Shown: piece after piece, positions 50,563 to 63,105 of the stretch | Layout: each line of letters begins with the position of its first letter | How positions within the stretch are numbered: the stretch's first letter is position 1 | Assembly (NCBI GenBank): GCA_028534125.1 | Contig: CM052818.1 | Coordinates: forward strand, 10,852,001 to 10,916,000 | Direction of reading: 5' to 3' | DNA length: 64,000 nucleotides | Origin: Lama glama | Taxonomy: Eukaryota | The notes under the pieces: model-generated | Seen by the model: only the letters and a program-made list of their open reading frames with translations | What the model was told of the DNA's origin: nothing | Database searches by the model: none | Program-made: the position numbers and the translations under genes

Positions 50563-51283
50563 GACAGCTTCCTGGGAGTACTGCCAAGATATCAGGGAGG
50601 AGCAGGCTTCTGGAAAAGGACTTTCTCTTCCTGTAGTATCTGGACCTCTCTTTAGAACCGACTCTTTAGCTAAGAATAACAACAGGAGTTGGAAGCTCCT
50701 TTTAGGTTGCATGATTTGGGCTTTCCTCCAAAAGCGAGATACAACATCGCTCCTGTGTTTCTCAATTTTATTCTAAATCCTTGTGGTGTTTAATGTGCAT
50801 GCCTAGGTCCTAGCAAAATTAGTTTAGAAACAGGTTTTAGTCACTGATTGATCTGGTCTAGATTTTCATAAGCCTCAATTTTGTCTGTTATATTCCTTGC
50901 TTCTCATAAATATATTTAGTTACTACATCTTCTGTTTTAATTTATTTTCATTTGACAAACATATTTCCAGTAGGTTTGCCCTAGCCAGGTGCCCGGCTAA
51001 ATCAAATATATGATTTAGAGAATTAATGAGCTCTCCCATAGAGTATATGTTGCGTTTTGTCCCTCACTGGATCCTCCACCCTATGGCTCCCAGAGGGCAA
51101 GGGTGATGCTCTAAGGTACTCTACACCAAGATTAAACTAGGATTAAACTGAGTAACAACAGGCAAACAAGATCACTTTTACATGTGAGGTGTAATGAACG
51201 AACCATGGGGACTGGACTAGATGAAGCAAGCCCCACAGCAAAACTTGGTATTGCTCGGACACACTTAATTTTAGATCAGCTTT

Positions 51284-51726
51284 TACAGCAAACAGTTGGT
51301 GTCCTACCTAGATCGCCTCAATATTCACCATTCTGTGCACGCTGAGGGCTTTCTACTGTAAGCACCCGACTCTGCTGGAGAGCTTTCTCAGGCTGTTGGA
51401 GTGTGTCCAGCCTTCTTACAGGGTAGGCAAGAATGCTAGGGAGCCAATATCTGAGTGCACTCTTGGCCAGTGACCAACAGGAATTGGTGGATAAATACAG
51501 GAGCTTTTTTAGCCCTCAGGTGGGACAGCTCTGCACGTTCCACACTGTCATCCAGTGGTCTCCAGCAGGATTGAGCTCCAGTTGACCGCAGTGGACATCT
51601 TGTGAACACACTGTGCTGGCTTCCTTTCTTGTCTGCTTCTGCACTCCACTCCTATGTCTTTGTGGGATCACGTATTGAATAAATCCTTATCTCAAGCTTT
51701 AGTTCTATGGGAACCCAACCTACACA
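51284..51726 (+). mobile_element. ERVL solo LTR, LTR16 family
   Basis: 'ggaattggtggataaatac', 'gccctcaggtgggacagctctg', 'ccagcaggattgagctccagttg', end 'gggaacccaacctacaca'. Confidence 0.85.
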
Positions 51727-51928
51727 ACTCTTAGTATGAATTCAGCATGTAGAGAGATAATATCTCAAGGAAAGCCTGGCACAATTTAAAAAGAGTTGTC
51801 ATGGTGATTGTTGCTTCCCTTTCTGGTTAGTTTATTCCATATCTGAATTACAGAAGTGCTACTACAAAACCTTAAAAATATAATATTTAAATTTAAACAT
51901 TAAATTTTAAAAGATATTTTAAAGTATG

Positions 51929-51990
51929 TTTCCTTCCTTCCTTCCTTCCTTCCTTCCTTCCTTCCTTCCTTCCTTCTTTCCTTCCTTCTT
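51929..51990 (+). repeat. (TTCC)n microsatellite
   Basis: Direct reading. Confidence 0.95.
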
Positions 51991-53339
51991 TATATGTAGT
52001 TTCTGACTTACAGCCACAAGAATGAATGTCTTACATCCTTGAGATGAACTCAGTACCATCCTCATTGACCTAGCAAGCCATTTTTTCCATGATGACAAGT
52101 TAGGATCACGCCTCTTAATGACGGCTGCAAGATTGTCTTGTTAGGAGAAGGGCTAAGGTGGGATCGTCTTTAATGACAGTGAAAGCACCTCATAAAACCT
52201 GACTCCTCAGTTTTACAGGCATGAGTCTGGAATTTTAGCAGATGTAGACTTACTAAATCAGTCAGTCAAAAATTATATCAGTTGAAGTGCAATGTTCTTG
52301 GCAGTCCGAAAATCCTGAACATGTAGGTGACTTGGAGGGCATTTCGTTAACTCTTTAATTGATCGCTTCAGTGCTAGAGGCAGTAGCTAATTGCCTGTAG
52401 GTCACTGTAGTACTGGAGCTTAGGTAAATGTATATTGTCATATGTCAAATTTTTATATGATTCCTTTGCACAAGTTGGTAAAAATGATTCCTACATGATT
52501 AAATTAAGACAATGTGGGGTGGGTGATTCAATTAAAGCCCCAGAGCCATTGCACCAATTATCAGATATACAAAAAACTAATGAATAGCTGTAACTACTTT
52601 TATCTTTTGCATCCTTGTTCTTCAGTCCTACGTGCCTCATAGAATGCCCGGAATTCTTTTCAAGTTCTCTGTGGCTGGATGTTGGGTGGGCAACTGGTAA
52701 CTGGAGCAAAAGTGCAGGAAGCTCAAGATTTTAAAATACATGTATACAGAAACTCTGTGGATGGGGATTTAAACTGAAACTAACTAGATGAGAAATTCGA
52801 GAGGTCTTTCCATAGCCCAATGTTATTTTGAAAATGTCCGCAATATTTCAGTCTTCATGGAGCAGGTATTATTTACCAGGGTGAGTGATGACAGGGAAAA
52901 TAAATGGGATTTGTCATACCTAAAACATCCTATATTTTACATCATTTATTTTACAAATCTCCAAACATTCTCAGGAAGCATTATGTTGGAGGCAAGGGTG
53001 AGAACTTTGTGATGCCGTGGTTAACAACAATTTTAATTACTTAATGTTGACATAACAACTGAATGCGTGTCTTGCTTATATAAAATTAAGCAGTGAGGTT
53101 GTTAAAAAAAATACATAATATGTCAGACAGGCTGTGGGCATTTATCTCCCGAATTCTATGTTTGGAGTGAAAGCTGTTCACATTCAGCCCTGACTTTATC
53201 CACATACAGAAAGGAAGCAGCCTTTAATCAAGAGTAAGTAGCAACTTGAGGGGAGACTCAGGGTCTTCGGAATCCTGATTTGAAATTAAAATCTTCCTGG
53301 GAATGTGTCAGGAAACTAACAACATCTAACCACTTATAA

Positions 53340-54080
53340 TTACTAACTCTCATTAACACCAGTTGCCAGGAATTTTACATATATTGTATCTGACACTTTA
53401 AAACAGCTCTGTGAAGGATTACTATTGTCCCATTTTAGAGTTGAGAAATCTGAACCTCATAAAAGTTGAATAATTTCACCAAGGTTGTCCATCTATAAAT
53501 AGCAGAGAAAATGGTCTCACGTGGTTCTACTAATGCATAACAAACTATCCTGAAACATTATGGCTTAAATCAAAAACCATTTTATTACCTCTCATGATTC
53601 TGTGGATTGACAGGGTTCAGTTGATACTGAGTGAGTCTGCCGACAGCTGGTCTTGTGACTGAGCTGGAAATCCAGGATGCCTCACTCTTGTGCCTGGGGT
53701 CTGCGTGGGGTTGGCTGGAAGGCTGAGCTGAGCTGGGGTGTGAGGTTGGCTAGGATTCTCTCCTCCATGTAGTTGAAGAACCTCTTCTTCTCCACGTGGC
53801 CCTTCCATGGGATATCTCTAGCAGGGCAGCTGGATCACTTACCTGGTAGCCCAAGGCTCCCCAAAAGCACAAAAGGAGGACTGGTAGGGCTTAGACCTGA
53901 AACTGGCATTGTGTTACTTCCAGCACGTTCTATTGGTTAAAACGTAGCCACGTCAGATCTATCGCAGGGGCAGTGGTGATGCACAGGGGCGTGAATACCT
54001 AAAGGCATATTTGCTTGGGGATATTCTGGAGAGTCATTACTGCAGTGGGTGATTCCAGAGCAGATAACGTTTTCACTAAG
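53340..54080 (-). mobile_element. MIR split by an MLT1 LTR
   Basis: 'tattgtcccattttagagttgagaaatctga...caaggttgtc' before the LTR; 'tgattccagagc...ttttcacta' after it. Confidence 0.65.
53515..54044 (-). mobile_element. MaLR solo LTR, MLT1F/G-like
   Basis: 'gcataacaaactatcctgaaac...tggcttaaa', 'ctcatgattctgtggattgac', 'ttctattggttaaa', 'cacaggggcgtgaatacc'. Confidence 0.85.
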
Positions 54081-54104
54081 CATCTGCACTGATGCTTATT
54101 TGTT

Positions 54105-54235
54105 CATGAGAACAGGGATTGTGCCAGCATTTTCTTTCTTTCTGCTTTATCTTTACATCTCTAGCACCTGGCACAGTATTTGGAACATAGTAGGTGATCA
54201 GTCAATGTTTTTTGAATGAATTGTTTTGAATGAAC
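54105..54235 (+). mobile_element. L2 3' tail
   Basis: 'ctagcacctggcacagtatttggaacatagtaggtgatcagtcaatgttttttgaatgaat'. Confidence 0.8.
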
Positions 54236-54439
54236 TGGGATCCTCATATTATGGAACTGTTATAGATGCATGTTTGCAAGATAGCTTCCCTGAGAATGAG
54301 TTTGGGTGGACCTGAGTTGAATATGATGAAATATAACTAATTATTCTATTGAAGGCTAAAGATGACCAGGAATGTATAGATCATTCTTTTGTGTCCTGGA
54401 GCGTCAGTAACAACAAAAACAAAAAGATTCCAAGCTTTT

Positions 54440-54625
54440 CCTAAGTACCCACTTGAATTAATTCTTTAATTCTTTTCAAAATGCTATGAAGTAGATATTG
54501 TTGTTTTTCTTATTTTATAAAATAGGAAACTGAGACACAGGAAGGTAAAGAAGTATGGCCGAAGTCACACAGCCAATGCATGGCATGGCTAGGAATTGAA
54601 TCACTACATTATCCTATGTCTTTAT
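54440..54625 (-). mobile_element. MIR SINE
   Basis: 'aggaaactgagacacagg...ggccgaagtcacacagcca...aggaattgaa'. Confidence 0.8.
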
Positions 54626-57600
54626 ATTGTCTCGGTCATGACTGTCCTACATTTCAAAGGTGATTTTTTTTTTCAGACTAGAAACTGGAAAAGGTGTATG
54701 TGACACTCTGGTCAGGAGGGTTGAACCAGGACAGTGTTTCATTTTGAAGAGTTTAAACATACTCACCCTGGAAATTCAGAAAACAAAACAGAACTTATAG
54801 GCATTTGGCCCAGGAGCCTGGGAGGAAAGCAAAAGCCATCTCTGTCTGCGGTTACACCAACAATTCCCAGACGTAGTGTTCTTATCGAAGGAGGAGCCCT
54901 TTCTTACGCTCAGCAAATAAGGCCCTGCTCTCCTTTTATCGGAATCCTTGAAAAGGAAAGCTAACACATTGAAAATTTGACTAGTTTTTAAATTATTTGT
55001 AGTTTCCGTCATTATTTTCTTTTATGTTTTACCGTTTACATTTTGGTCAAGTTTTGTGGAGAGCCTGGGGCTGCCTCTGTTGCAGTGAGAATATCCAAGC
55101 ATCTTTCTCTGTACTTGAGAAGGGGCAGCACAGGAACCCTAGTGAGGGAGGGGAGGTGGGACCGTTAGGAATAAGTGCAACAAAATCTTAGAGGGGAAAT
55201 GGAAAGTGTAAGAAACCTTGAGAGAGATTTTTTTCCTTAATTTCTTTTTTCAGAGACAATTTGGAGTGGTCAGATTTATGTTGTGTTTTTTAAATGGAGG
55301 CAGCTTAGAAGTAGATAACACAGTGACTCACATTATATTGTCCATTATATAAGTAGTCTGTGTCTGTGAAGACAGGAGGGTCTCATGGTTTTCAGGCCAC
55401 TTCTGAAGTGAAAGCAACACTGAATTTTATATGTATGGCACAGACCCTTCTGAACTTGGGAAGACTGAGTGTGAGTGGGAGGATTCACATTCCTAGACTT
55501 GAAACCCTTCTTTGAGGTGATCTCACAGAGAGAAGGGTAGGTATCTTGGACTTGGTAACCAAGCTGAGGAGGGAGGCTGTTGCCCCTAAAGGGAAAACCA
55601 GCCACGGAAGTGAAGGATTGGACAACTGGAAAAAGCGGACTGCTAAAAATGCTGAAAATTATAGGTGTAGGTAAATATTGATGGATTGGCTTCTCAGTTC
55701 TTTCTGGAAGTCACCATGAACCAACCCAGAAAAGCCCAGACATGTAAAATCTGCAGGCAGGATTCCCAAGGGAGAAAGATAGGTCATTTGTATACCTTTA
55801 CGTCCTTCCACCCCAGCCGGGAGTGCAAGTTAATCCCTAACATGTCCTCCGAGGCCATCCTCACCTGAGCTTTGCCTCATTGCCTTCAGCAGGATAGAGA
55901 TTGGATACCCAAATGATCTTTCATTAAAAGAGATGTAATGAGCATGACCATTCATAGGCGATTATGTAAGTTGAGGGGTGTAGAAATACATAGGATTAGG
56001 GATGGAAGCTGAAATTTCAGAAATATACAAATACAAAATACCCTCAAGGATGCCAATTTCACATTATTGAAAGGAGGTCATAGATAGTACTTGAACAATG
56101 GATTGATTTGAAAAGCAGTCAATAGTATAGACAATCATAAATCTTTGCTCTTAAAAAGTATTAACACCCTTTCACCAGAAATAAATACTATGAATATCTA
56201 CTTCAGTCAGAAACATTTACTGAGAAGCTGCTATGGGCCAAGCCAAATTTCAGAGTCAGGCACCCAAACCCTTGTAAAAAAAAAGTTTACTTTCCAAGTT
56301 CCCCCCAACCCTAAGTCTTTCTTTTTCCTTTTTTACCTCAAAAAAATGAGAGCTAGAAGATCTGATTAAAGACTGTTGATTCTTTTATTGCTGATCACAG
56401 TGACAGAAAAACAATCTACCTAGCTACAGGGGTCTTTAAAGAGTCTCCCTAGAGCACTGGGACGCCCCCCAAAAGTATTGAAAGTGTATAGACAGGGGTG
56501 ATTTAATTCTTCCTCACAGCTTTGGCACTGAGGCTAATGTGATGGAAAAGGATTAGGAGTTACTCTGATGAGGGAATTTCAGGTCTCTAGGGAAACACAT
56601 TCCAATATATCAAAACCATACAGAGACCGTTTTTTGGCTGCCCTTTCCTGAGGTGTCCAAAGTTCAGTCATGGGGACCTATCTAAGTTCATTGGTGGACA
56701 GTGAGGTGTGCAGCCATGGGGCACTAAGAACTAAAAGCAGCTCTACATTCTGTAATAGGAAGCACAGTGTGAAAGGTAGCCAATCAGTTAATCCCACAAT
56801 GAACAGGAAAATCTTTATGGAGAACGTTCTGTAGTCCCAGAACCATTTTACATGCTATTGTAGGAAAGGCAGCATAAATTTGTCTAGTAGTGGAGACAAA
56901 ACAGAAAAACATGAGTGTTTAATAATAGAGAATTTTGATAGTAACAAATAGTATAAAGGGCCACATAAACATTTACTAAACTTGGAGGGAGGCAAGGATA
57001 TTTGAAGGAGGAGACATACAAATCAGGGTTTAGTCCTATTGATCTTAGAAGATAGGAAAAAAAGGTAATAACGCTCAAAAAGTAGATGGCCCTTCAAATC
57101 CTAAGTATCTCTCTAAGTGGCTTTCTCCTCCTTCCCTTCCTTTTCCTTCTTCCTCTTCCTCTTCCTTTTCACAAGAAATGACTGTATGGATTATTCTAAG
57201 CATCCTTCTTTCCTCTTAGTGATTTGTTATTTTTTAAGAGAGCCCTAGAGTAAATGAAACAAGTTCCTCGAATTCTAATGGATGCCTGAGGCTTACAGTT
57301 GAAAATCAGAGTTTCCATGGCTGTGGTAGGAATTCTGTAATATGGATTAAGTGTGGAAAATGGGCTACCCTTGAGAACTGTGTTTCTCAAATGGGAGATT
57401 GGAATTCAGGGAGTTTACATCTGGTAAAACTTTCTGGTGATCATTGTAATGAGGTAGTTGACTAGAAAGGTTATGATTTTGGCCTGGCATATCGGAGCAC
57501 TCTAATGGCAATGCTTGTTAGGTGCTCAGCTTGAAGTCTGCCATTGCTACGTTTTGACAGGGCCACCCTATTCTTCCTCCTGATTAAGCCGATAAATCGT

Positions 57601-58344
57601 CCCTTATTGCCGTCTGATAAACTGAGGAGGAGAGAAGTTGAGAACCTTGGAGCTGCCTAGCACTCTCAGCCGCTAAGCTCCTAACACATTGCTTAGACTG
57701 GAAAATTATTGTCCTCAATTATAAAACCATTTCAGAATTATATTTTTTGAAATCAAATTTTTTCTTTTCATATTTAAGGAGAGGAATAAAATGGTAACTT
57801 CATGGAGAATAGCAAATGATCATGATCTCAAAATGACTTCAATCCTGGTTGGACACTTTGACTGCCAATTTGCTCAAGTGGCCAGGATAGCCCCATTAGA
57901 CCTGATGCTGTCTATGTTGGGGATTGTATAAATCATTTATCAAAAGTTTAATATGGCTCTTGGAGTCATTTCACATTTCTTGAATATCTGTTAATTTAGG
58001 ATTTTACAGATTTCTCTACAAAGCAAGATATTATCAAATTGTGATGAATGTTGATTCCAGTTTTCTGACTCCCTCAGGCAAATTTTAGAGTTGAATAACA
58101 TAGCTCTAGATCTCATGTTCTTTGCCTCTGAATGTGTATCATAAGACGTTAGGTCAGAAAGGCCTTTGAACTCATGTTACTCAATCATTTATTTGGATGA
58201 AAGTAAAAATACTCATAGCATAAATTTTGCTATTGGTTTATTTACTAACATGTCTTCAAAATTTGACTTTTTGAGATTATAAGAAGGCTTAAGACTATTT
58301 TATAAAGCCCTAAACCAAGGAAGAAAATTACTCTATCCTATAAA

Positions 58345-58572
58345 TATTGTACTCTAATGGGGAAAACAGAAAATAAATTCAAAAATTAATAATTTCAATG
58401 AGTCTTACAAAGAAAAACAAATCAATTAATGGGATTAAGAGTGGCAGGTGTGGGGGCGGGGAGGCTATTTTAGAGAGACGGCAAAGAAAGCCTTCTACAC
58501 TTGAGCTGAGAAGTCAGCTGGATGAAAATCTGGAAAAGATAACCTCAGGAAGAGGGAACAGAAAGGGCTGAC
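58345..58572 (-). mobile_element. L2 fragment
   Basis: 'actctaatggggaaaacaga', 'ggctattttaga', 'ttgagctgaga', 'caggaagagggaacagaa'. Confidence 0.7.
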
Positions 58573-58687
58573 ATAAGTCATCATTGAGAAACTGCTTGAA
58601 AGCATTATTTAACGAAATATCTTGAAGTGGACATTAGAGATGGGGGGGGTGATCAGAGCAGAGCCTCTCCAGGAAATTATGGTTGAA

Positions 58688-59060
58688 CTTGGATGAATCT
58701 GTAGAGAATTATACCAAGTGAAAAAGATGATCCCAAGATTATAAACTATGACTTCATTTATAGATCATTCTTGGAATGACACAGTTGTAGAAATGGAGAA
58801 CAGATTAATGGTTGTCAGGGGCTAAGGGTGTTGGGTGGAAATAAGTGTGTCTCTATAAGGGCAACATGAGGAATCCTGTGATGCTGGAAATGTTCTGAAT
58901 CTTGACTGTCAGTTTTCTGGTTGTGGTTTTGTACTACAGCTTTGCAAGATACTACCATTGGGGGAAACATGGCAAAGGGTACACGGGATCTCTCTCTGTT
59001 ACTTCATATGTGAATCTACAGGCATATAAATCTATAGTTATCTCAAAACAAAATCTTAAA
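58688..59060 (+). mobile_element. L1MC1/2-like 3' UTR
   Basis: 'gaaatggagaacagattaatggttgtcagggg', 'gggcaacatgaggaatcctgtgatgctggaaatgttctg', 'ccattgggggaaac...aagggtacacgggatctctct'. Confidence 0.85.
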
Positions 59061-59103
59061 TATATGAAATAAACCATCACAAGAAATGTGGTGGAATGGC
59101 AGT

Positions 59104-59164
59104 GTATATAAAAGAGAGATAGAGAGATGGACATAGATATATATAGATAGATAGATATAGATAG
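59104..59164 (+). repeat. (TAGA)n/(GA)n low-complexity tract
   Basis: Direct reading. Confidence 0.85.
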
Positions 59165-60326
59165 AACCTAGACCCTTATCTCATCCATATACAAAAATTA
59201 AATTGATCTATGTAGTTCTAAACATTAAAGTTAAGATTATAAAGCCTCAAAAAGCCAGTAGGAGAATATGTTCATGATGTTGAGTTAGCCAAATAATATT
59301 TAAACATGACACAACAAACACTTACCATGACAATTATAGATTGAACATTATTAAAATTAAAACCTTTCTGTAAATCAATATGTAGACCATTAAGAAAACA
59401 AAACACAAGACACAAACTTGGAACAATTTGCCTAATACATATATTTCAAAGAGGACCTTATTCAGAATATATAAAGCTCGTCTAATTAAACAATAAAAAC
59501 ATGAATCACCTCATTTAAAAAATGGGTCAACAACTTGAACAGATACTTTAGAAAAGAAAATATACAAGTGGTTAACATATAAAACTGTTGCTCAATATTA
59601 TTAATCAGAGAAATATTAATTAAAACTATAGTAACATATAATTTTATGTATTTGGGACAGATTTTTTTTAGAATAAGAAATACTGGCTATACCAAAAGCT
59701 GGTGATGGTGTGGAACAACTGGAATGCTCACACATTGCTGATGGAAGCATAAAATGGTAATGTCAGTTTTTTTTAAAGTTAAACATACACATTCTTTATA
59801 ACTTACCAATTTTACTCCCAGGTATTTACCCAAAAGAATTGTAGATACATGTTCACACAAAAAAGACTTATATAAGAATATTCACATCAGCCTCATTCAT
59901 AACTGCCAAAACCTGAGCACACCACCCTATCAACAGGAGAATCAGATCAACTATAGTGCATTCTTACAATAGAATACTACTTAGCAATGAAAATGAACAT
60001 ACTGTGGATACAACAAAATGGATGGATCTCTAAAACATTATATTGAACAAAAGAAGCCAAATATAGAAGAATAGCTGATATATTACACTTTAATGATATC
60101 AAGAACAGATAAAACTAATCTTGGCTGATAGAAATAAGAAAGTCCCTCTTAGGGATGGGGAAAATTGACTAGGAAGGGATGGGAAGGACCCTTTCTGTGG
60201 TGATAGAAATGTTCTGTAGCTTGTTTCAGGTGATTGTTTTATGGGTTTACAAGATTGTCAGAATTCATGGAACTGAAGAGTTGAGATCTTTACCTTTTAT
60301 TACATTTAAATTATACCTCAATAAAT
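59165..60326 (+). mobile_element. L1ME-like ORF2 3' part and 3' UTR
   Basis: 'gacccttatctcatccatatacaaaaatt', 'aaaatgggtcaacaacttgaacagatactt', 'caattttactcccaggtatttacccaa', ending 'aaattatacctcaataaa'. Confidence 0.85.
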
Positions 60327-62667
60327 AAGTGAAGTTTAGAAATATATAAGCATTTGGTGAGATTTCTCTAATAGTGTTAAGATAATATTAACTTATTTGT
60401 ACCATTACTAATTTAAAAAAAAATTGCATGCTGGAAAATGTCTCTTGATTGGGGTTCTACTTGGACCTTCAAGCCCAAGAATCTAAAATGTAAATATTTT
60501 CTGATTATTTCCCTTATTTAATTCCCCAAAGATTCAGCTAGTTGACACACATGAACATACAAGGTGGAGAGCTGCGAAAAGACAGAAACAACTTTAAAAG
60601 AGAAAAAAAAATGCAAGAAAACCCAGAAGTTTTCCCCTTTCCCTTTAAAAATGTCCAAATAGATTTTTCTCTTTCAATTTGTGAAAAGAAGGAAGTCTCT
60701 TTTTAACTGAGTCTTATTAAAGCACCAAAGTATTGTGCAGTCAGATGAGAAAGCTGTGAATCAAAGGGTTCATAACACCGATGCTGACAACCCTCTCTCC
60801 GGGGCTCAAGATGGAAAGAGGAAGGTGGTGAAGACCCGCCTCTGCATTGTCCCCTATCACCCGGCCTTACTCCTCCAGTCTTCAGCCCCACCCACAGCAG
60901 CTCAGATGTACCTTAGAACTTGGTGAAGGATGTGACTTTTGGGGGAGTCCAGTCCATCGCAATTCATCACCTTTAACTGAAGATAAAATTAGGAACTAAG
61001 ATGCCTTTTTAACTCCAGTGGGAGTTGGGTAGATTGAAAATCCCACTCATTTTATACTGTTAGCTGGCCAGTGTCCTATCTTTCCATTGATGGTATTCTA
61101 AGATGGAAGGTATCGTATTATTTTGAACCTGGTTTTTCTCTTGCATTCATGTTTACTTGTTCCATAAATATAATGAAACACATACTGTGAACAAGCTATT
61201 GAGCCAACAGCCAGGGTTACTGTAGAGGCTGGGCCAGACACATGAAGAAGAGACTATGACTGGAGCACTCCAGGGGGCACATTTATGGATGGTGGGGGCT
61301 TCAGTGTGTATCATATGGGATAACAAGTAGTTGAGTGAAGTTTTGAATACAATTAAGATATAAGTAGGAACTCCATGTTATGATGCCCTTTTGAGACTAT
61401 ATTACAGGATGTTTAACCAAACACTCTCATTGAATGTTAACACCTTTCACAAGTCGTAGACATTAATTTCTGGATACATAACTTGATTGCTCAATGTATC
61501 CGAAGCTATGTTTTAATGAAGTTTGTGAGATGGTGTAGCTTGCTACATTTTAGGCTAAATGTACCTAACCTCGTACTGGATGGAGATGTGACCCATAAAT
61601 GGCTTTGTGTAGTAAGATTACAGTGATGCCCTAAACGTCATGCTATTGCAAATACAGTTTTATGTAGACATCTTTTCAGGGATGGAAACAAGTTTGCATG
61701 GCCCTCAGGAGTCTAGAGAGAATAGTAACTAGATGCAACAATACTTCTTGGGACCAAGATGATGGGAATTTAGGGAATGTTACCCACCCCCTGCCCCCCA
61801 GCCCTAGCTTCTCTAACAGCATAACTGATGAAAAAGGACTATACATGAGGGAAAGAAATCAAACTACCTGAATTTGCAAAAGGGAGAGTAGCTGATTAGA
61901 GAACAGAATTCGATTCTGGCACAGTGTCACATAAATCTTTTGTCTTTGGGCCCAAGCTCCAATCTAGGGTGTTACAATCTAGGGTGATGGTGGTTATCAA
62001 GAGCCAGTCAAATGACGAATTGTATCTGTAAGAATCTGAGACCTTCAGCTCCTCTGTTTGTGGTCTGGCACAGTATGGTTAAGGAGAGTGTATTTCCTAT
62101 CACTTCCTTGTCATGCATGCCTATCTGAGCATAAAAGTTCCTGTTCCCTGATAATAATAAGCTTATGAGTGCCCCCAAATTAATACTTGAGTAACAGGGA
62201 TATTGTGTATAGCCTTGCAAAGTGATGACCGCAAAGATAAGTGAACATCTTTTGGAGGAGTTTTTGAGGCAGTACAAGACAAGGATTCTATGAGATGAGT
62301 ATGAGAATGACCATTACTGAAGGGCACTCATAAGAAACCTCCAGGGTACCTTGATTCAAATGCGTGGGCCTAGGCTCCCAGAATGTCACTAGTTCTGTTA
62401 TTATCATCGAGGCTGGTATGGTCTGGGAAATGAGAGCTGTACTTGGGATTCCCAAAAGCCAGGGTGTGTTCCACATGGTGCTTGCTTGCTGTGCTCTTCC
62501 GGTTTCCCCATTCTTAAACTGCAACCAACACTAGGGGCTCCTCATGCCAGTGTGGCAAAGGACTTCGAGTCTCTGTGGATCTCTGTGCTTCTGTTTCTTC
62601 ACACCTGTAGAGTGGAAGATGTCATTCCATGTACTTGCTGTTGTTGTTGTTTACATTTATAATCTAC

Positions 62668-62750
62668 AGAGAGAGAGAGAGAAAGAAGGAGGAGGAGGAG
62701 GAGGAGGAAGAGAAGGAAAAGAGAGAAGACAGAGGAAAGAAAGGGAGGAA
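62668..62750 (+). repeat. (GA)n/(GGA)n purine tract
   Basis: Direct reading. Confidence 0.9.
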
Positions 62751-62874
62751 TTCCATAAAAGGGAGTTCCTGAAGTCAGACAGTTGTGAGGACTGAAAGAG
62801 AGATGATACATTTTATATCAGATATGCTATGTAAGATGAGCATTATTTAGTTATTTGTGGAAGTGGGCTATATT

Positions 62875-63105
62875 GTTGTTACCTACTGAATTGTATTTCC
62901 CTCCAAATTCATATATTGAAGCCCTAAATCCTAGTACTTCAGAATGTAAGCATATTTGAGATAGGGCCTACAAAGAGGTGATTAAGTTAAAATGAGCCCA
63001 ATCAGGTGGGGCCTGAATCCAGTAGGACTGATGTTCTTAAAGAAGAGAAAGGGGTGTGTGCACACAGAGAGAGGGCCACGGGAGGACACCAGTGAGAAGG
63101 TATCA
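62875..63105 (+). mobile_element. MaLR MLT1A/B-like LTR, 3'-truncated
   Basis: 'ccaaattcatatattgaagccctaa', 'tttgagatagggcct..aaagaggtgattaagttaaaatgag'; similarity stops after 'agtgagaagg'. Confidence 0.85.

Noticed and set aside
57450..57458. TGAGGTAGT, the let-7 5' end
   Set aside because: Only 9 nt match, downstream bases diverge and there is no let-7 precursor hairpin.
60742..60922. Possible plus-strand exon (tgtgcag|TCAGATG...TTG|gtgaag) with an open frame
   Set aside because: No polypyrimidine tract, weak donor, unrecognised peptide and no partner exons.
61961..61987. Short tandem duplication of caatctagggtg
   Set aside because: Ordinary slippage-type microduplication with only two units; not an array or CRISPR-like.
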